DNA of 39,218 bases from a virus (taxonomy: Duplodnaviria; Caudoviricetes), in IMG/VR virus record IMGVR_UViG_3300012921_000069, positions 1 through 39,218 of that record; one strand, 5' to 3'. A model generated the notes under the pieces. The model was not told the origin of the DNA, made no database searches, and saw nothing but the letters and a program-made list of their open reading frames with translations. A program made the position numbers and the translations under genes. Below, in pieces: positions 24,208 to 33,478 of the stretch (within the stretch, counting starts at the first letter, position 1; every line of letters starts with the position of its first letter).

Positions 24208-26444
24208 GCGGGCTGGATGTATTCGGTCGGCTCAGTCCGCGGATGGGGGCGCGGCAGGCGGCGGAGGTTGTGGTGGCAGCTGGTCTGCCAATTCGTCAGG
24301 AGATGCGGGCTGGCACCGGCCAGCATGTGTCCGTCCGAAACCCGCTCGCGATCACTTCGCTGAATGAGCCGGTCGAGATTCGCGTTAGTTTCCAACCTGG
24401 CGAGTGTCATGATCCAGCCTATCTGCGCGTGCTTTCTGCATCTGGCGCGGAGGTGCCGTGCCAGTGGGAATATGCAGTTGACCCGGCTACATGGGAGGAG
24501 GTCGATAAGTCATGGCCGGACGGTTCTGTGCGTCGGGGCTCGCTCTGGATACTCACAGATCTTGGGCCGAGCGAAGTCAAGACATTCACCGTCGCTGTAG
24601 GCGGCCGTCCTGCTTCGTATTCCCAGGGAGTTACGTTCACAGCTGAAACTGCAACGCTGTGGGTTCTGCAGTCGCCGCAACTCATGAGCCGGATGGCAGA
24701 CTCAACCGCCTGGCTCCCGAAGATATTGCGCGATCCCTCGCGCGCAAATGCCAACTACAACAGCATCAGCAACGGACTGTTTCACAGGTTTACGCTCGCG
24801 GGCGTCAATAAGTTCAGCCACACGGCAGGCGATGTCACCGCGCTGTCATCCAGCCGGATCGGCGCCAGCAACCCGGGCTACGGGGTAGTGTTTCAAGAGG
24901 TTGAAGGTCGGTTCGCCTGGTCATCAGCCACCGGCGTGACGGTCAAAACTCGTGTAAAGCAGTTCGCAAACAATCTGGCGCGATACGTATCCCGCGTCGA
25001 AGTGGCTTCCCAGGTCGCTTCCGGCAATCACGGGATGCGCATCTATCACGAGATAATTAACAGCACCGCCCCGACGCCGACCTACAACACGACGAACGGG
25101 TGGGCAGGCTATGCATATCCGAGTGGCGCATCCCTCTGCACAGGCATTACGTCTGCACAGCAGGAAAGCACCGCACTTCGCCTTACGGATCACACGCCCC
25201 TCCAGAACTTCGAGGGCAATTACGTTAGCGTGGGCTGGTCGAAAAATCCGGTCACGATTGCTGCCGGCGCCTACTTCACCTTCGGGGGCTTTTACAGCGC
25301 GGGCTACGACACACTCGAAAACGCAGGCCTGCGTGGCCACAACCCGATCATCGCTCGCGCTAACTCCGCGCCGCGTAGCGATATCCTGCGCTCCATCCGC
25401 TACAGCTCGCGGCGGCTCATCGAGTCATGGACCGCAATTGGCTTGTCCGATCCGTCAAAGACCTACTGGGGATCGGTTGCACTCGGTTGGATGGTGATGG
25501 CTGAGGACGATGGTAGAGAGGCGCCTGTTCGCGATGCGCTGACGTTGTTCCAGCGGTGGTGTGCCGAGTACAACATCACGCCTAGCAACGCGACGACGTG
25601 GCACGACAAGTGGAATCACGCCTCGTCGCAACTCGGCCTCGAATTCATGGGGCCAAACAGTGGCTGCCTCCCGATCATCCGTGAAAAGGCGCTTGAACTC
25701 GGGCTGACGACGACCGCCGCAACCGTTACGTCGTACATCCACGCTATGGCGGATTTCGCGGTCCAGATGGAGGTCACGAGCGGCGGCAGCGGTCAGGTCA
25801 AGTTGCGCTATTCCGATGCCGACAACTACAACGCCGAAGCGACTGCGATGCTTTTCCTTTGCCGGTCACTGGCGCTGGCTGCAGACGCCACGCGGCAGGC
25901 GACGCTGGACCGCATTGCAGCGCGCTTCGCGGCGGGTTACACGACGACAGCTGGCATTCCCAACAAGATGGGTTACAGCTACCAGACGCCCGGCGGTGCG
26001 CTCCGGCAGTCAGTGCAGGACATGAGGGCCGCCTATCATTTTTATAACATCGGCGTCGCACTGCACGCGCACAGCATCTACCCGTGCCTGCCGTCGCTGC
26101 CGGATGCGCGTCAGTTCGCGCTCGAATACAGCAACGGCCGCCAGCTCGACGAACTCAAGTGGTCGAAACAACTTGAGCGCCGTGGCATCGTGGGAAACTG
26201 GATCGCCGCGGCCTATGCTCTTGCGATGTCACCGGGCCGTACTGACGGCGATCTACGTGCGGCCGCGGACTACCTCGATTACGTCTCTGCGCGTGCGGGT
26301 CTTCAGAATCCGGGGGCGGGCATACTCATGGACGGCTACGTTTACCCGGATACTGATAGCGGATACGGACTGTGGGGCGGCCCCGAGTCAGCAAGCTTCC
26401 ACATGCATTTGCTGCACTCCATCAACAAAGGGAATTTCGACTAA
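24204..26444 (+). CDS. 746-aa protein resembling the PcRGLX/YetA-like polysaccharide lyase architecture; candidate head-displayed depolymerase
   Basis: EPVEIRVSFQPGE...LRVLSASGAEVPCQW...WPDGSVR N-terminal motif; beta-rich middle; aromatic-rich helical C-terminal half; lower GC. The ORF is secure, the function is inferred. Confidence 0.55.
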   Translation: MSGLDVFGRLSPRMGARQAAEVVVAAGLPIRQEMRAGTGQHVSVRNPLAITSLNEPVEIRVSFQPGECHDPAYLRVLSASGAEVPCQWEYAVDPATWEEVDKSWPDGSVRRGSLWILTDLGPSEVKTFTVAVGGRPASYSQGVTFTAETATLWVLQSPQLMSRMADSTAWLPKILRDPSRANANYNSISNGLFHRFTLAGVNKFSHTAGDVTALSSSRIGASNPGYGVVFQEVEGRFAWSSATGVTVKTRVKQFANNLARYVSRVEVASQVASGNHGMRIYHEIINSTAPTPTYNTTNGWAGYAYPSGASLCTGITSAQQESTALRLTDHTPLQNFEGNYVSVGWSKNPVTIAAGAYFTFGGFYSAGYDTLENAGLRGHNPIIARANSAPRSDILRSIRYSSRRLIESWTAIGLSDPSKTYWGSVALGWMVMAEDDGREAPVRDALTLFQRWCAEYNITPSNATTWHDKWNHASSQLGLEFMGPNSGCLPIIREKALELGLTTTAATVTSYIHAMADFAVQMEVTSGGSGQVKLRYSDADNYNAEATAMLFLCRSLALAADATRQATLDRIAARFAAGYTTTAGIPNKMGYSYQTPGGALRQSVQDMRAAYHFYNIGVALHAHSIYPCLPSLPDARQFALEYSNGRQLDELKWSKQLERRGIVGNWIAAAYALAMSPGRTDGDLRAAADYLDYVSARAGLQNPGAGILMDGYVYPDTDSGYGLWGGPESASFHMHLLHSINKGNFD

Positions 26445-26457
26445 GTTCAAGCCCCGC

Positions 26458-26509
26458 GCCGTCCGCGTTCAGCATGTACCGATAGTCGCGCGCGCGCGAC
26501 GATGCGGGC
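26458..26509 (+). promoter_or_regulatory. Late promoter 3 (connector/tail operon), probably leaderless
   Basis: GCcGtcCGCGTTCAGC-ATGTA; GACGAT 26498-26503; ATG 26510; spacing identical to promoter 1. Confidence 0.75.
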
Positions 26510-27166
26510 ATGCGTACCGACTTCCATGCCCTGATTGCCGATGCCCTGCCGGGCGCCTCGTTTGACGACGCGGCGCGCGACAGGGCGTTTGCGTCTGCGC
26601 TGGCCACTTACAGCAAGGATCGCCCCCGGTCGCGCGTCGAAGATGTGACGGCCACCGGCGGCCACACGCTGCCGCTGCCCACGGGCTGGGTTTCGCTGGC
26701 CTCGCGCCTGCTCGATGTCGAGTACCCGGTGGGCAGCTTTCCGCGACTCACGCTCGCCGCGGACCAGTACGGCACCTACGGCACGCCGACCGGCGAAGCG
26801 ATCGGCCTCGTGGATGCGATCACGGCCGGCCACAACGTGCGGCTGACCTTCACCGGCGCACATGAGGTGACCGACGCGGTCGATACCGTGCCGCTGGAGC
26901 ACCGCCACGCGGTGGCCATGCTGGCCGCCTCGCTGCTGGCTGACCAGGAAGCCACCCGCCACGCCAACGACACGCCGGTGAGCATGGCCGGCGATGCGTC
27001 CGACCAGTCGCACCCGGCCCGCGAATGGAGCTACCGCGCCAAGTCGCTGCGCAAGCAGTACAGCGACGCCGTGCCGGCCGCTGCCGGCGTGCTGCCGCCG
27101 GCCGGCGTGGTGGTGTCCGGCGTGCCGGCCACCGAGCGGCTGGTACCGCGGAGGCTGCGGCGGTGA
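26510..27166 (+). CDS. Head-tail connector / adaptor protein
   Basis: Position and size; helical ends around a beta core; first gene after promoter 3. Confidence 0.6.
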   Translation: MRTDFHALIADALPGASFDDAARDRAFASALATYSKDRPRSRVEDVTATGGHTLPLPTGWVSLASRLLDVEYPVGSFPRLTLAADQYGTYGTPTGEAIGLVDAITAGHNVRLTFTGAHEVTDAVDTVPLEHRHAVAMLAASLLADQEATRHANDTPVSMAGDASDQSHPAREWSYRAKSLRKQYSDAVPAAAGVLPPAGVVVSGVPATERLVPRRLRR

Positions 27167-27672
27167 GTGCGCTGCAGATCATCGTCGACGCGCGCGACAT
27201 CGCCCGCTTCGACCGCGCCTATCAGCGCGCGCCCGATGTCGTCGATCGCACCGTGGCGCGGCGCATGGCCGGCCTGATGCAGGATCTGGCGAGCGACGTG
27301 CAGGACAAGACCCCGACCGCCTTCGGCACGCTGCGCGCGAGCATCGGCAGCGATGTCGAGGTGCGTCCGGGGCTGGGTGTGACCGGTGTGGTCGGCACCT
27401 CGCTGGCCTACGCGGTGCCGGTGGAAGTGGGTACGCGCCCGCACATGCCGCCGGTGGCGCCGATCAAGTTGTGGGCCGAGAAGAAGCTGGGCCTCACCGG
27501 CCGCGAGGCCACGCGCGCCGCATGGGCCATCGCGATGACGATCAAGCGCCGCGGCACCCTGGGTGTCGGCATGTTCAACCGCGCCTTCGCCGCCCGCCGC
27601 CGCGAAGCCGGCGAGCTGCTGAATTACGCGGTGATGGAAGGCCTGCAGCAGGCACTGGGTGACAAGTCATGA
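27163..27672 (+). CDS. HK97 gp10-like tail completion protein
   Basis: TPTAFGTLRASI...YAVPVEVGTRPHMPP...GMFNRAF. Confidence 0.8.
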   Translation: MSALQIIVDARDIARFDRAYQRAPDVVDRTVARRMAGLMQDLASDVQDKTPTAFGTLRASIGSDVEVRPGLGVTGVVGTSLAYAVPVEVGTRPHMPPVAPIKLWAEKKLGLTGREATRAAWAIAMTIKRRGTLGVGMFNRAFAARRREAGELLNYAVMEGLQQALGDKS

Positions 27673-28136
27673 GCGTCGCTGCCGTGCGCGCTGCGGTAGT
27701 GGCCAAGGTGGCCGGCGTCGCCGGCATCGGCCCGGTGCATGACCGCGAGCGCTTCATCAACGACAACGCGAAGCTGAAGGCGCTGTACGTGAGCGCCTTC
27801 GCCGAGGGCGATCGCCTGCAGGGCTGGTACGTGAGCTGGCGAGGCATGGAGCCGGCCGCACCCGACGAACGCCGCGACACCTGGGCCGCCGTCGGTTACC
27901 GCGCAGTCGACGACGCACGCGACAGCGAAGGCGTGTTCGCCACGCTGGCCGACACCGTCATCCAGGCCTTCCGCAGCTACGACGCGCTGGCGTTGCCCGG
28001 CGTTGCCACCTTTGGCGAGGGGCTGAACGGCCCGTCGCTCAAGACGATGGATCACGTGATGTTCTGCGGTGTGCTGTGCCACCGCGTCGAGATCGAGTTG
28101 ATCACCGCGAGCTTCACCGCGGTTCAGGGTCAGTGA
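27669..28136 (+). CDS. Putative tail terminator
   Basis: Position before the tail tube; VRAAVVAKV N-terminal helix then beta strands ending VLCHRVEIEL. Confidence 0.65.
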   Translation: MSVAAVRAAVVAKVAGVAGIGPVHDRERFINDNAKLKALYVSAFAEGDRLQGWYVSWRGMEPAAPDERRDTWAAVGYRAVDDARDSEGVFATLADTVIQAFRSYDALALPGVATFGEGLNGPSLKTMDHVMFCGVLCHRVEIELITASFTAVQGQ

Positions 28137-28161
28137 AGCGTTTTCACATCAGGAGAAAGCC

Positions 28162-28344
28162 ATGAGCAAGACCGCACCGGAAGAACAGGCGCAGCCGACC
28201 GAAAAGGTCGTGCTCGATGCTGACCACGAACACGAGGGCAAGCCGCTCAAGAAGGGCGAAACCCTCACCGTGCCGAAGCGCGTGGCCGACTGGCTGCGTG
28301 CGAACGGCGTTGTCGGCCAGGCGCCGGCTACCGAACAAGCCTGA
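28162..28344 (+). CDS. Small tail-region protein
   Basis: AGGAG RBS; HEHEGKPLKKGETLTV...ADWL motif common before tail tube genes. Confidence 0.7.
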   Translation: MSKTAPEEQAQPTEKVVLDADHEHEGKPLKKGETLTVPKRVADWLRANGVVGQAPATEQA

Positions 28345-28380
28345 TCGCGCTGCGACCAGGCGTAACCGAGGAGCACTGCC

Positions 28381-29133
28381 ATGCAGATCGCCATTCAGGG
28401 CAAGGTGTGGGTGTACGAGCGTGACGGCTCGGGCAACCCGATCAACGGCTTTTATGTCGGCTTCACCGAGTCGGCTGCGCTGGACCTCAGCACGTCGGTC
28501 GAGGAATACGTGGAAGCCGACTCAGGCAACAGCCTGACCGCCGCGCGCATCACGACCGAGAAGAAGTCCAACTTCAACATGGAAATGCGCGAGCTGGACG
28601 AGAACACCGCCGGTCTGGTGCTGCACGGCACGACCAGCACGGTGGCCAGCGGCACGGTGACCGATGAGGCGCTGCCGGCGACGGTGACGCTCAACCGCGC
28701 CAACAAGCTGAGCAAGGGCAACATCACCGGCAGCGTGGTGGTGGTGGATTCGACGGGCTCGCCGAAGACCTTGCCGGCGAATCAGTACCAGTGGAACAAG
28801 CAGGGCAGCATCGTGGTTCTGGACAAGACCACGGGCGGCCCCTACGTCGAGCCGTTCAAGGTGAGCTACGCGCACGGCGGCACGAAGGACATCGCGATCT
28901 TCGCCTCGCCGCAGCCCGAGCGCTACATCGTGATCGAGGGCATCAACCTGGCGGACAACAACAAGCCGGTCACGGCCGAGCTGTATCGCGTGGCGCTCGA
29001 CCCCGCGCAGAGCTTCCCGCTCAAGGGCCGGGGTCTGTCGTCTTACCGTCTGGCCGGTGCGGCGCTGCTCGACAGCACCAAGCCCGCCGGCGGTGACCTC
29101 GGCCAGTTCGGTCGCCTGCGTCTGCCGGGCTGA
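28381..29133 (+). CDS. Major tail tube protein (siphovirus)
   Basis: GAGGAG RBS; QGKVWV...EGINLADNNKPVTAELYRV...GAALLD...LGQFGR. Confidence 0.85.
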   Translation: MQIAIQGKVWVYERDGSGNPINGFYVGFTESAALDLSTSVEEYVEADSGNSLTAARITTEKKSNFNMEMRELDENTAGLVLHGTTSTVASGTVTDEALPATVTLNRANKLSKGNITGSVVVVDSTGSPKTLPANQYQWNKQGSIVVLDKTTGGPYVEPFKVSYAHGGTKDIAIFASPQPERYIVIEGINLADNNKPVTAELYRVALDPAQSFPLKGRGLSSYRLAGAALLDSTKPAGGDLGQFGRLRLPG

Positions 29134-29138
29134 TCGAC

Positions 29139-29624
29139 ATGAGCGAAACCAACGACGATCTGGCGGTGCTGCTGCGCGAGGGCAGTACCGTGCAGATCCG
29201 CGACCGCGCCGTGCGCGTGGCGCCGATCACGATGAAGCACCTCAGCCCCTTCGCACGGGCGGTGCTGCCGATCGCGCATGCCGCCGCACCGGTGAAGGAC
29301 GGCACGGCCGACCTCGCGGGCATCGACTTCGCGCGCGCCAACTGGCTGGAGCTGGTGATGTGGCACGGCCCGGATTGCATCGCGGCCGTGGCGCTGGCCA
29401 CTGGTGAGCCCGAAGAGTGGCTGGGCGAGCTGCAGCCGGACGAGATGGTTCAGCTCATCGCCGAGGTGGTGGCGGTGAACATGGATTTTTTCGTGCAGCG
29501 CCTGGCGCCGGCGATCAAGGCGGCGCTGGGCCGCATCGGTCACCTGCCGGCAGCCGTCGCGGCGAGCGCTGGGCCGACACCTGGCAGCGACTCATCGAGC
29601 ACGGCCACCGCCGCGGCGACATAG
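29139..29624 (+). CDS. Tail assembly chaperone (lambda G equivalent)
   Basis: Between tube and tape measure; VVAVNMDFFVQRL motif. Confidence 0.8.
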   Translation: MSETNDDLAVLLREGSTVQIRDRAVRVAPITMKHLSPFARAVLPIAHAAAPVKDGTADLAGIDFARANWLELVMWHGPDCIAAVALATGEPEEWLGELQPDEMVQLIAEVVAVNMDFFVQRLAPAIKAALGRIGHLPAAVAASAGPTPGSDSSSTATAAAT

Positions 29625-29809
29625 ATGACTACACGCTGGCGGAGATCGCGCTGTACCTGGGCGCGATCCGCCGCGCCGAAGCCGAGGCCTCGCGCCGGCA
29701 GATGCTGCTGACGGCGAAGGCGGCGCAGTCGGTGATCAGCGACGGCAAGGATCTGATGCAGACGGCAGACATGCTGGAAGCGCTCGCGAACGACCAACCC
29801 CTGGAGTGA
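29483..29809 (+). other. -1 frameshift site and extension giving the GT-like chaperone (29139-29809)
   Basis: G GAT TTT TTC at 29483-29492; the -1 frame stays open to 29809 and encodes WADTWQRLIEHGH...YTLAEIALYL. Confidence 0.7.
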
Positions 29810-29813
29810 CCTG

Positions 29814-32800
29814 GTGGCCGACGTAAAGAACACCCTCTCGCTGGAATTGCAGGTCAAGTACGACCAGGCAATGAAGGCGCTCGGGGAAGTTCGCGGCGCC
29901 ATCGCGGCCGTCACGCAGGGCACGCCCAGCACCGCCACCGGCGGCGACCTGGGCGGCATGCAGCGCGCACTCGGCGATCTGAAGACCAGCATTGCTGAGG
30001 TGAAGACGGCGCTCAACGGCCTGAGCCAGAGCACCGCAGCAGTGGGGAACACGTCCGGCGGCATCGACCAGGCCGCACGCAGCCTGGATGAGGTGGCCGA
30101 CAGCGCCGACGTGGCCAAGCGCAACACCGACGATGCCGCGGCAGCGTCGCGCCGCCTCGCTCGCGATCTGGCCGACGTGGGCGCGACGGTGCTGCTGGTG
30201 CGCCAGGTGGCGATCGCCATTCGCGACATCAGCGCCGAGCTGCTGCGCGCGCAGGGCCGGCTCGACAACTTCCAGGCCGGCGTGCAGTTCGCGCTGGGCC
30301 GTGAAGCGGGCAACGACCTCGCCTACACCCGCGAAAAGGCCAGCGAACTCGGCCTCGAACTGACATCGCTGTCGCGCAGTTACGTGCAGTTCATGGCGTC
30401 GGCCCGCGGCACGGCGCTTGAGGGCACCCGCGCCCGCGAGGTGTTCGAGTCGATCGCACAGGCCAGTTCGGTGCTGGGCCTTTCTGCCGAGCGGCAGGAA
30501 GGTGCGCTGCGCGCGCTGGCGCAGATGATGTCCAAGGGCACCGTGCAGGCGGAAGAGCTGCGCGGCCAACTGGGCGACCAGTTCCCCGGTGCCTTCCGCC
30601 TGGCGGCGCAGGCCATCGGTGTGACCGAGGGCAAGCTGTCGGAAATGCTGGAGCGCGGCGAGGTGATCGCCAGCGACTTCCTGCCGAAGTTCGCGGCCCG
30701 CGTGCGCGCCGAGCTGGGCGACAGCGTGGTGACCGCGGCCGACGGCGCGCAGCAGGCAATCAACCGCTTCGCGTCATCGTGGGAGCGCCTGAAGCAGAAC
30801 ACCGCCGAGTCGGGCATCGGCGATGCGATCAAGGGCCAGCTGAACATCCTGTCGGATGCCTTCGACGACATTTCGCGGTCGATGGAAGCCGCGCGCAAGT
30901 CGGGTGAAGGCTTCTGGGGCCAGATGACCGAGGGCTACAAGGGCTATCTGCGCTTTCTCGACCCGCGGAACGCGTTCAGCTACGAGGCCAAGACGCCGCA
31001 AGCGCGCATGCAACGGCTGGGGCAGGACATTACCGCCAACAGCGCCGAGGCCGACCGCCTGGAGCGCGGCGGCGGTCTGTATCAGCGGTCCGATGCGGCA
31101 GCACTGCGCCGGCAGGTCGCAGCCGACGCCGCCGAACTGCAGAAGCTGATCGCGCAGTCCGGTACCGGTATGCCGGATCAAGGTCTGTGGGGCGACGACA
31201 GGCGCATGCAGGCGTTGGCCGACATGGCCGTGCAGCGCAAGCGGCTCGAAGGCGAGATCGGCAGCGAAATCGCGAAGAACCTTTCGCAGATCGAGAAGGC
31301 GGAACGGAATCTCGCCGAGTTCCGGACGAAGTACGCGCTGCTGCAGGGTACCGCCGAGTACGACAAGCTGGAAAAGGAGCTGGTGCGCAAGCTGGCCGAA
31401 GCGCGCGAGGTGCAGACGCGCAAGGGGCTCGCGCAGCCGATACCGAGCGCGCGCCGCGTATTCGACACCGAAGCAGAGCTGGCGCTGGACGCCGCCCGCC
31501 GGGAAGAGCGTGCGCTGCAGGAAAGCTATGGCGTGCGCCTGACCGACCTGCAGACCTACCTCGACCGCCGGCGGCAGATCGCTGATGCGGCGCTCTCGGC
31601 CGAGACGGCGCGCCAGCAGACGCAGATCGATGCGCAGCGCGAGCTGCTGCGGAAGCTGGACGCGATCACGCCGAAGACGGACGTGCAGGCGCAGACCATT
31701 GCCGACCGCCGCACCGACGCGCAGCGCACGATCGAGCAGGCGCAGGCCCAGCAGATCAAGGCGCAGCGCGATCGCGACGACATCGAGCGGCAGTTGCGGC
31801 TGTTCGAAACGACCGAACGCCTGGCCGAGATGGAGCGCACCCGCACCCGTGTGGCCGAGGGCTATCGCGAGGTGCAGGACCGCATCCGCCTCGCCGTCGA
31901 GCGGCGCGAGATCACCGAGCGCCAGGCGCAGGACTACCTGGCCGAGGCCAACCGCCGCACGGCCGAAGGGCTGCGCGCGCAGGCCGAGCAGTACGACCGT
32001 ATCGCCGAGGCGGGCGGCATCTTCGCCGAGAACGCCGCCCGCGCCGCCGCGGCGTTGCGCGTGGAAGCCGACAAGCTGGACAGCACGCTGACCTTCATCG
32101 AGCAGCGGTTCCGCCGAACCGCGGACAGCATTGACGCCGCGTTCCAGGAAGGCCTGGCCGACATCTTCGAGAGCATCGGCGAGAAGGGCACGAAGGCCGC
32201 GGACGTGATCCGCGAAGCGTTCCTGAACGTGGGCCGTTCGATCCGCCGATCGCTGGCCGAGATCGCGGCAGAAGACACGCTGAACGCGATCAATCAGTCA
32301 CTCGGCAAGGATGCGAACGGTCAGCAGAACACGCTGGGCCGCGTCATTTCGCGGGCGCTGGGCGTCGATGGCAGTTCGCGCGAGCGGGCGCTGTGGGTGC
32401 GCAACGCTGATGGCGCGGGCGCTGCTGCCGCGGGCGCGCAAGGCATCCTGCCTGGCGACCTGAAGGGCACGCCGGGCATCGGCGACGTGCTGGGCAATAT
32501 CGGCACGCAGCTGCGCGACCTGTTCGGCGGCTGGATGGACACGCTGGGCCAGCTGTTCGGCGAGATCACCGGCGGCTTCGGCAGCTTGTTCGACGGCCTG
32601 CTGTCGTCGCTCGGCAGCATCTTCAGCTCGGGCGGCGGTGGTGGAGGCGGTGGCTTCTTCGACGCCATCGGCAGCTTCTTCGGTTCCTTCTTCCACCAGG
32701 GCGGCGTTGTTGGCGCTGGCATGTCGCGTGGCCGCATGGTCGATCCGCGCGTGTGGATCGGCGCCCCGCGCTTCCACAACGGCGGCATCGCAGGCAACGA

Positions 32801-33062
32801 GGTGGCCGCCATCCTGAAGCGCGGCGAAGAGGTGCTGACCGAGGATGACCCGCGCCACGCCAAGAATGGCGGCGCGGCGATGGGCGTGAAGGTCGAGCTG
32901 ATCAATCAGGGCACGCCGCAGCGTGCGACCGGCTCGCAGGCACGCTTCGACGGCCGCCAGATGGTGGTGCAGGTCTTCACCGAAGACATGGCGGAAAACG
33001 GCCCGATGTCGCGCGCGATACAGGACACGCTTGGCGGCAACCGCGCCGCCGGGCTGAGTTGA
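29814..33062 (+). CDS. Tape measure protein
   Basis: 1082 aa Ala-rich and helical; ALAQMMSKGTVQAEELRGQLGD domain; C-terminal FHQGGVVG...RFHNGG...AILKRGEEVLT. Confidence 0.95.
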   Translation: MADVKNTLSLELQVKYDQAMKALGEVRGAIAAVTQGTPSTATGGDLGGMQRALGDLKTSIAEVKTALNGLSQSTAAVGNTSGGIDQAARSLDEVADSADVAKRNTDDAAAASRRLARDLADVGATVLLVRQVAIAIRDISAELLRAQGRLDNFQAGVQFALGREAGNDLAYTREKASELGLELTSLSRSYVQFMASARGTALEGTRAREVFESIAQASSVLGLSAERQEGALRALAQMMSKGTVQAEELRGQLGDQFPGAFRLAAQAIGVTEGKLSEMLERGEVIASDFLPKFAARVRAELGDSVVTAADGAQQAINRFASSWERLKQNTAESGIGDAIKGQLNILSDAFDDISRSMEAARKSGEGFWGQMTEGYKGYLRFLDPRNAFSYEAKTPQARMQRLGQDITANSAEADRLERGGGLYQRSDAAALRRQVAADAAELQKLIAQSGTGMPDQGLWGDDRRMQALADMAVQRKRLEGEIGSEIAKNLSQIEKAERNLAEFRTKYALLQGTAEYDKLEKELVRKLAEAREVQTRKGLAQPIPSARRVFDTEAELALDAARREERALQESYGVRLTDLQTYLDRRRQIADAALSAETARQQTQIDAQRELLRKLDAITPKTDVQAQTIADRRTDAQRTIEQAQAQQIKAQRDRDDIERQLRLFETTERLAEMERTRTRVAEGYREVQDRIRLAVERREITERQAQDYLAEANRRTAEGLRAQAEQYDRIAEAGGIFAENAARAAAALRVEADKLDSTLTFIEQRFRRTADSIDAAFQEGLADIFESIGEKGTKAADVIREAFLNVGRSIRRSLAEIAAEDTLNAINQSLGKDANGQQNTLGRVISRALGVDGSSRERALWVRNADGAGAAAAGAQGILPGDLKGTPGIGDVLGNIGTQLRDLFGGWMDTLGQLFGEITGGFGSLFDGLLSSLGSIFSSGGGGGGGGFFDAIGSFFGSFFHQGGVVGAGMSRGRMVDPRVWIGAPRFHNGGIAGNEVAAILKRGEEVLTEDDPRHAKNGGAAMGVKVELINQGTPQRATGSQARFDGRQMVVQVFTEDMAENGPMSRAIQDTLGGNRAAGLS

Positions 33063-33072
33063 GGGGCTGCTG

Positions 33073-33477
33073 ATGGAATCGTTCCCGACACTGCTTCGCG
33101 GGCGCATCCGTGTGCGCGACGGCTATGACCTCGAACCGGTCACGAGTTTCAACCGGACGGACATGGAGGTGGGCGCCGCCCGCCAGGTGCCGCGCGACCC
33201 CGGCAATCCGGTACCGGTGCGCTGCACGATGGAGTTCAGCCAGCTTGAATGCGACATCTTCAATGCCTGGTATCGCTACAAGATCAACGACGGCGCCGAC
33301 TGGTTCGAAATGCCGGTGGCCACGCCGCGGGGCGTGACGGTCGAGGAAGTGCGCTTCACTCGCGCACCGCGCCCGCGCATGCTCGAAAAGGGCGTGTTCA
33401 TGGTGAATTGCGAGCTGGAGATTCGCACCCTGCCGCTGATGACCGAAGCCGCGCTCGATGCGCTGCTGGGGGGCTGA
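33073..33477 (+). CDS. Distal tail protein (lambda gpM / Dit-like)
   Basis: RTDMEVGAARQ...FNAWYRYKINDGADWFEMP; follows the tape measure gene. Confidence 0.8.
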   Translation: MESFPTLLRGRIRVRDGYDLEPVTSFNRTDMEVGAARQVPRDPGNPVPVRCTMEFSQLECDIFNAWYRYKINDGADWFEMPVATPRGVTVEEVRFTRAPRPRMLEKGVFMVNCELEIRTLPLMTEAALDALLGG

Positions 33478-33478
33478 C

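Noticed and set aside
30965-30980. GCGGAACGCGTTCAGC inside the tape measure gene, one mismatch from the late-promoter palindrome
   Set aside because: Lacks the ATGTA extension and has no nAnnnT hexamer at the 24-nt spacing on either strand (CGCATG / TTGTAG). Not called as a promoter, though activator binding is not excluded.
32630-32660. GGC/GGT run in the tape measure gene
   Set aside because: Encodes an ordinary poly-Gly linker with mixed codons.
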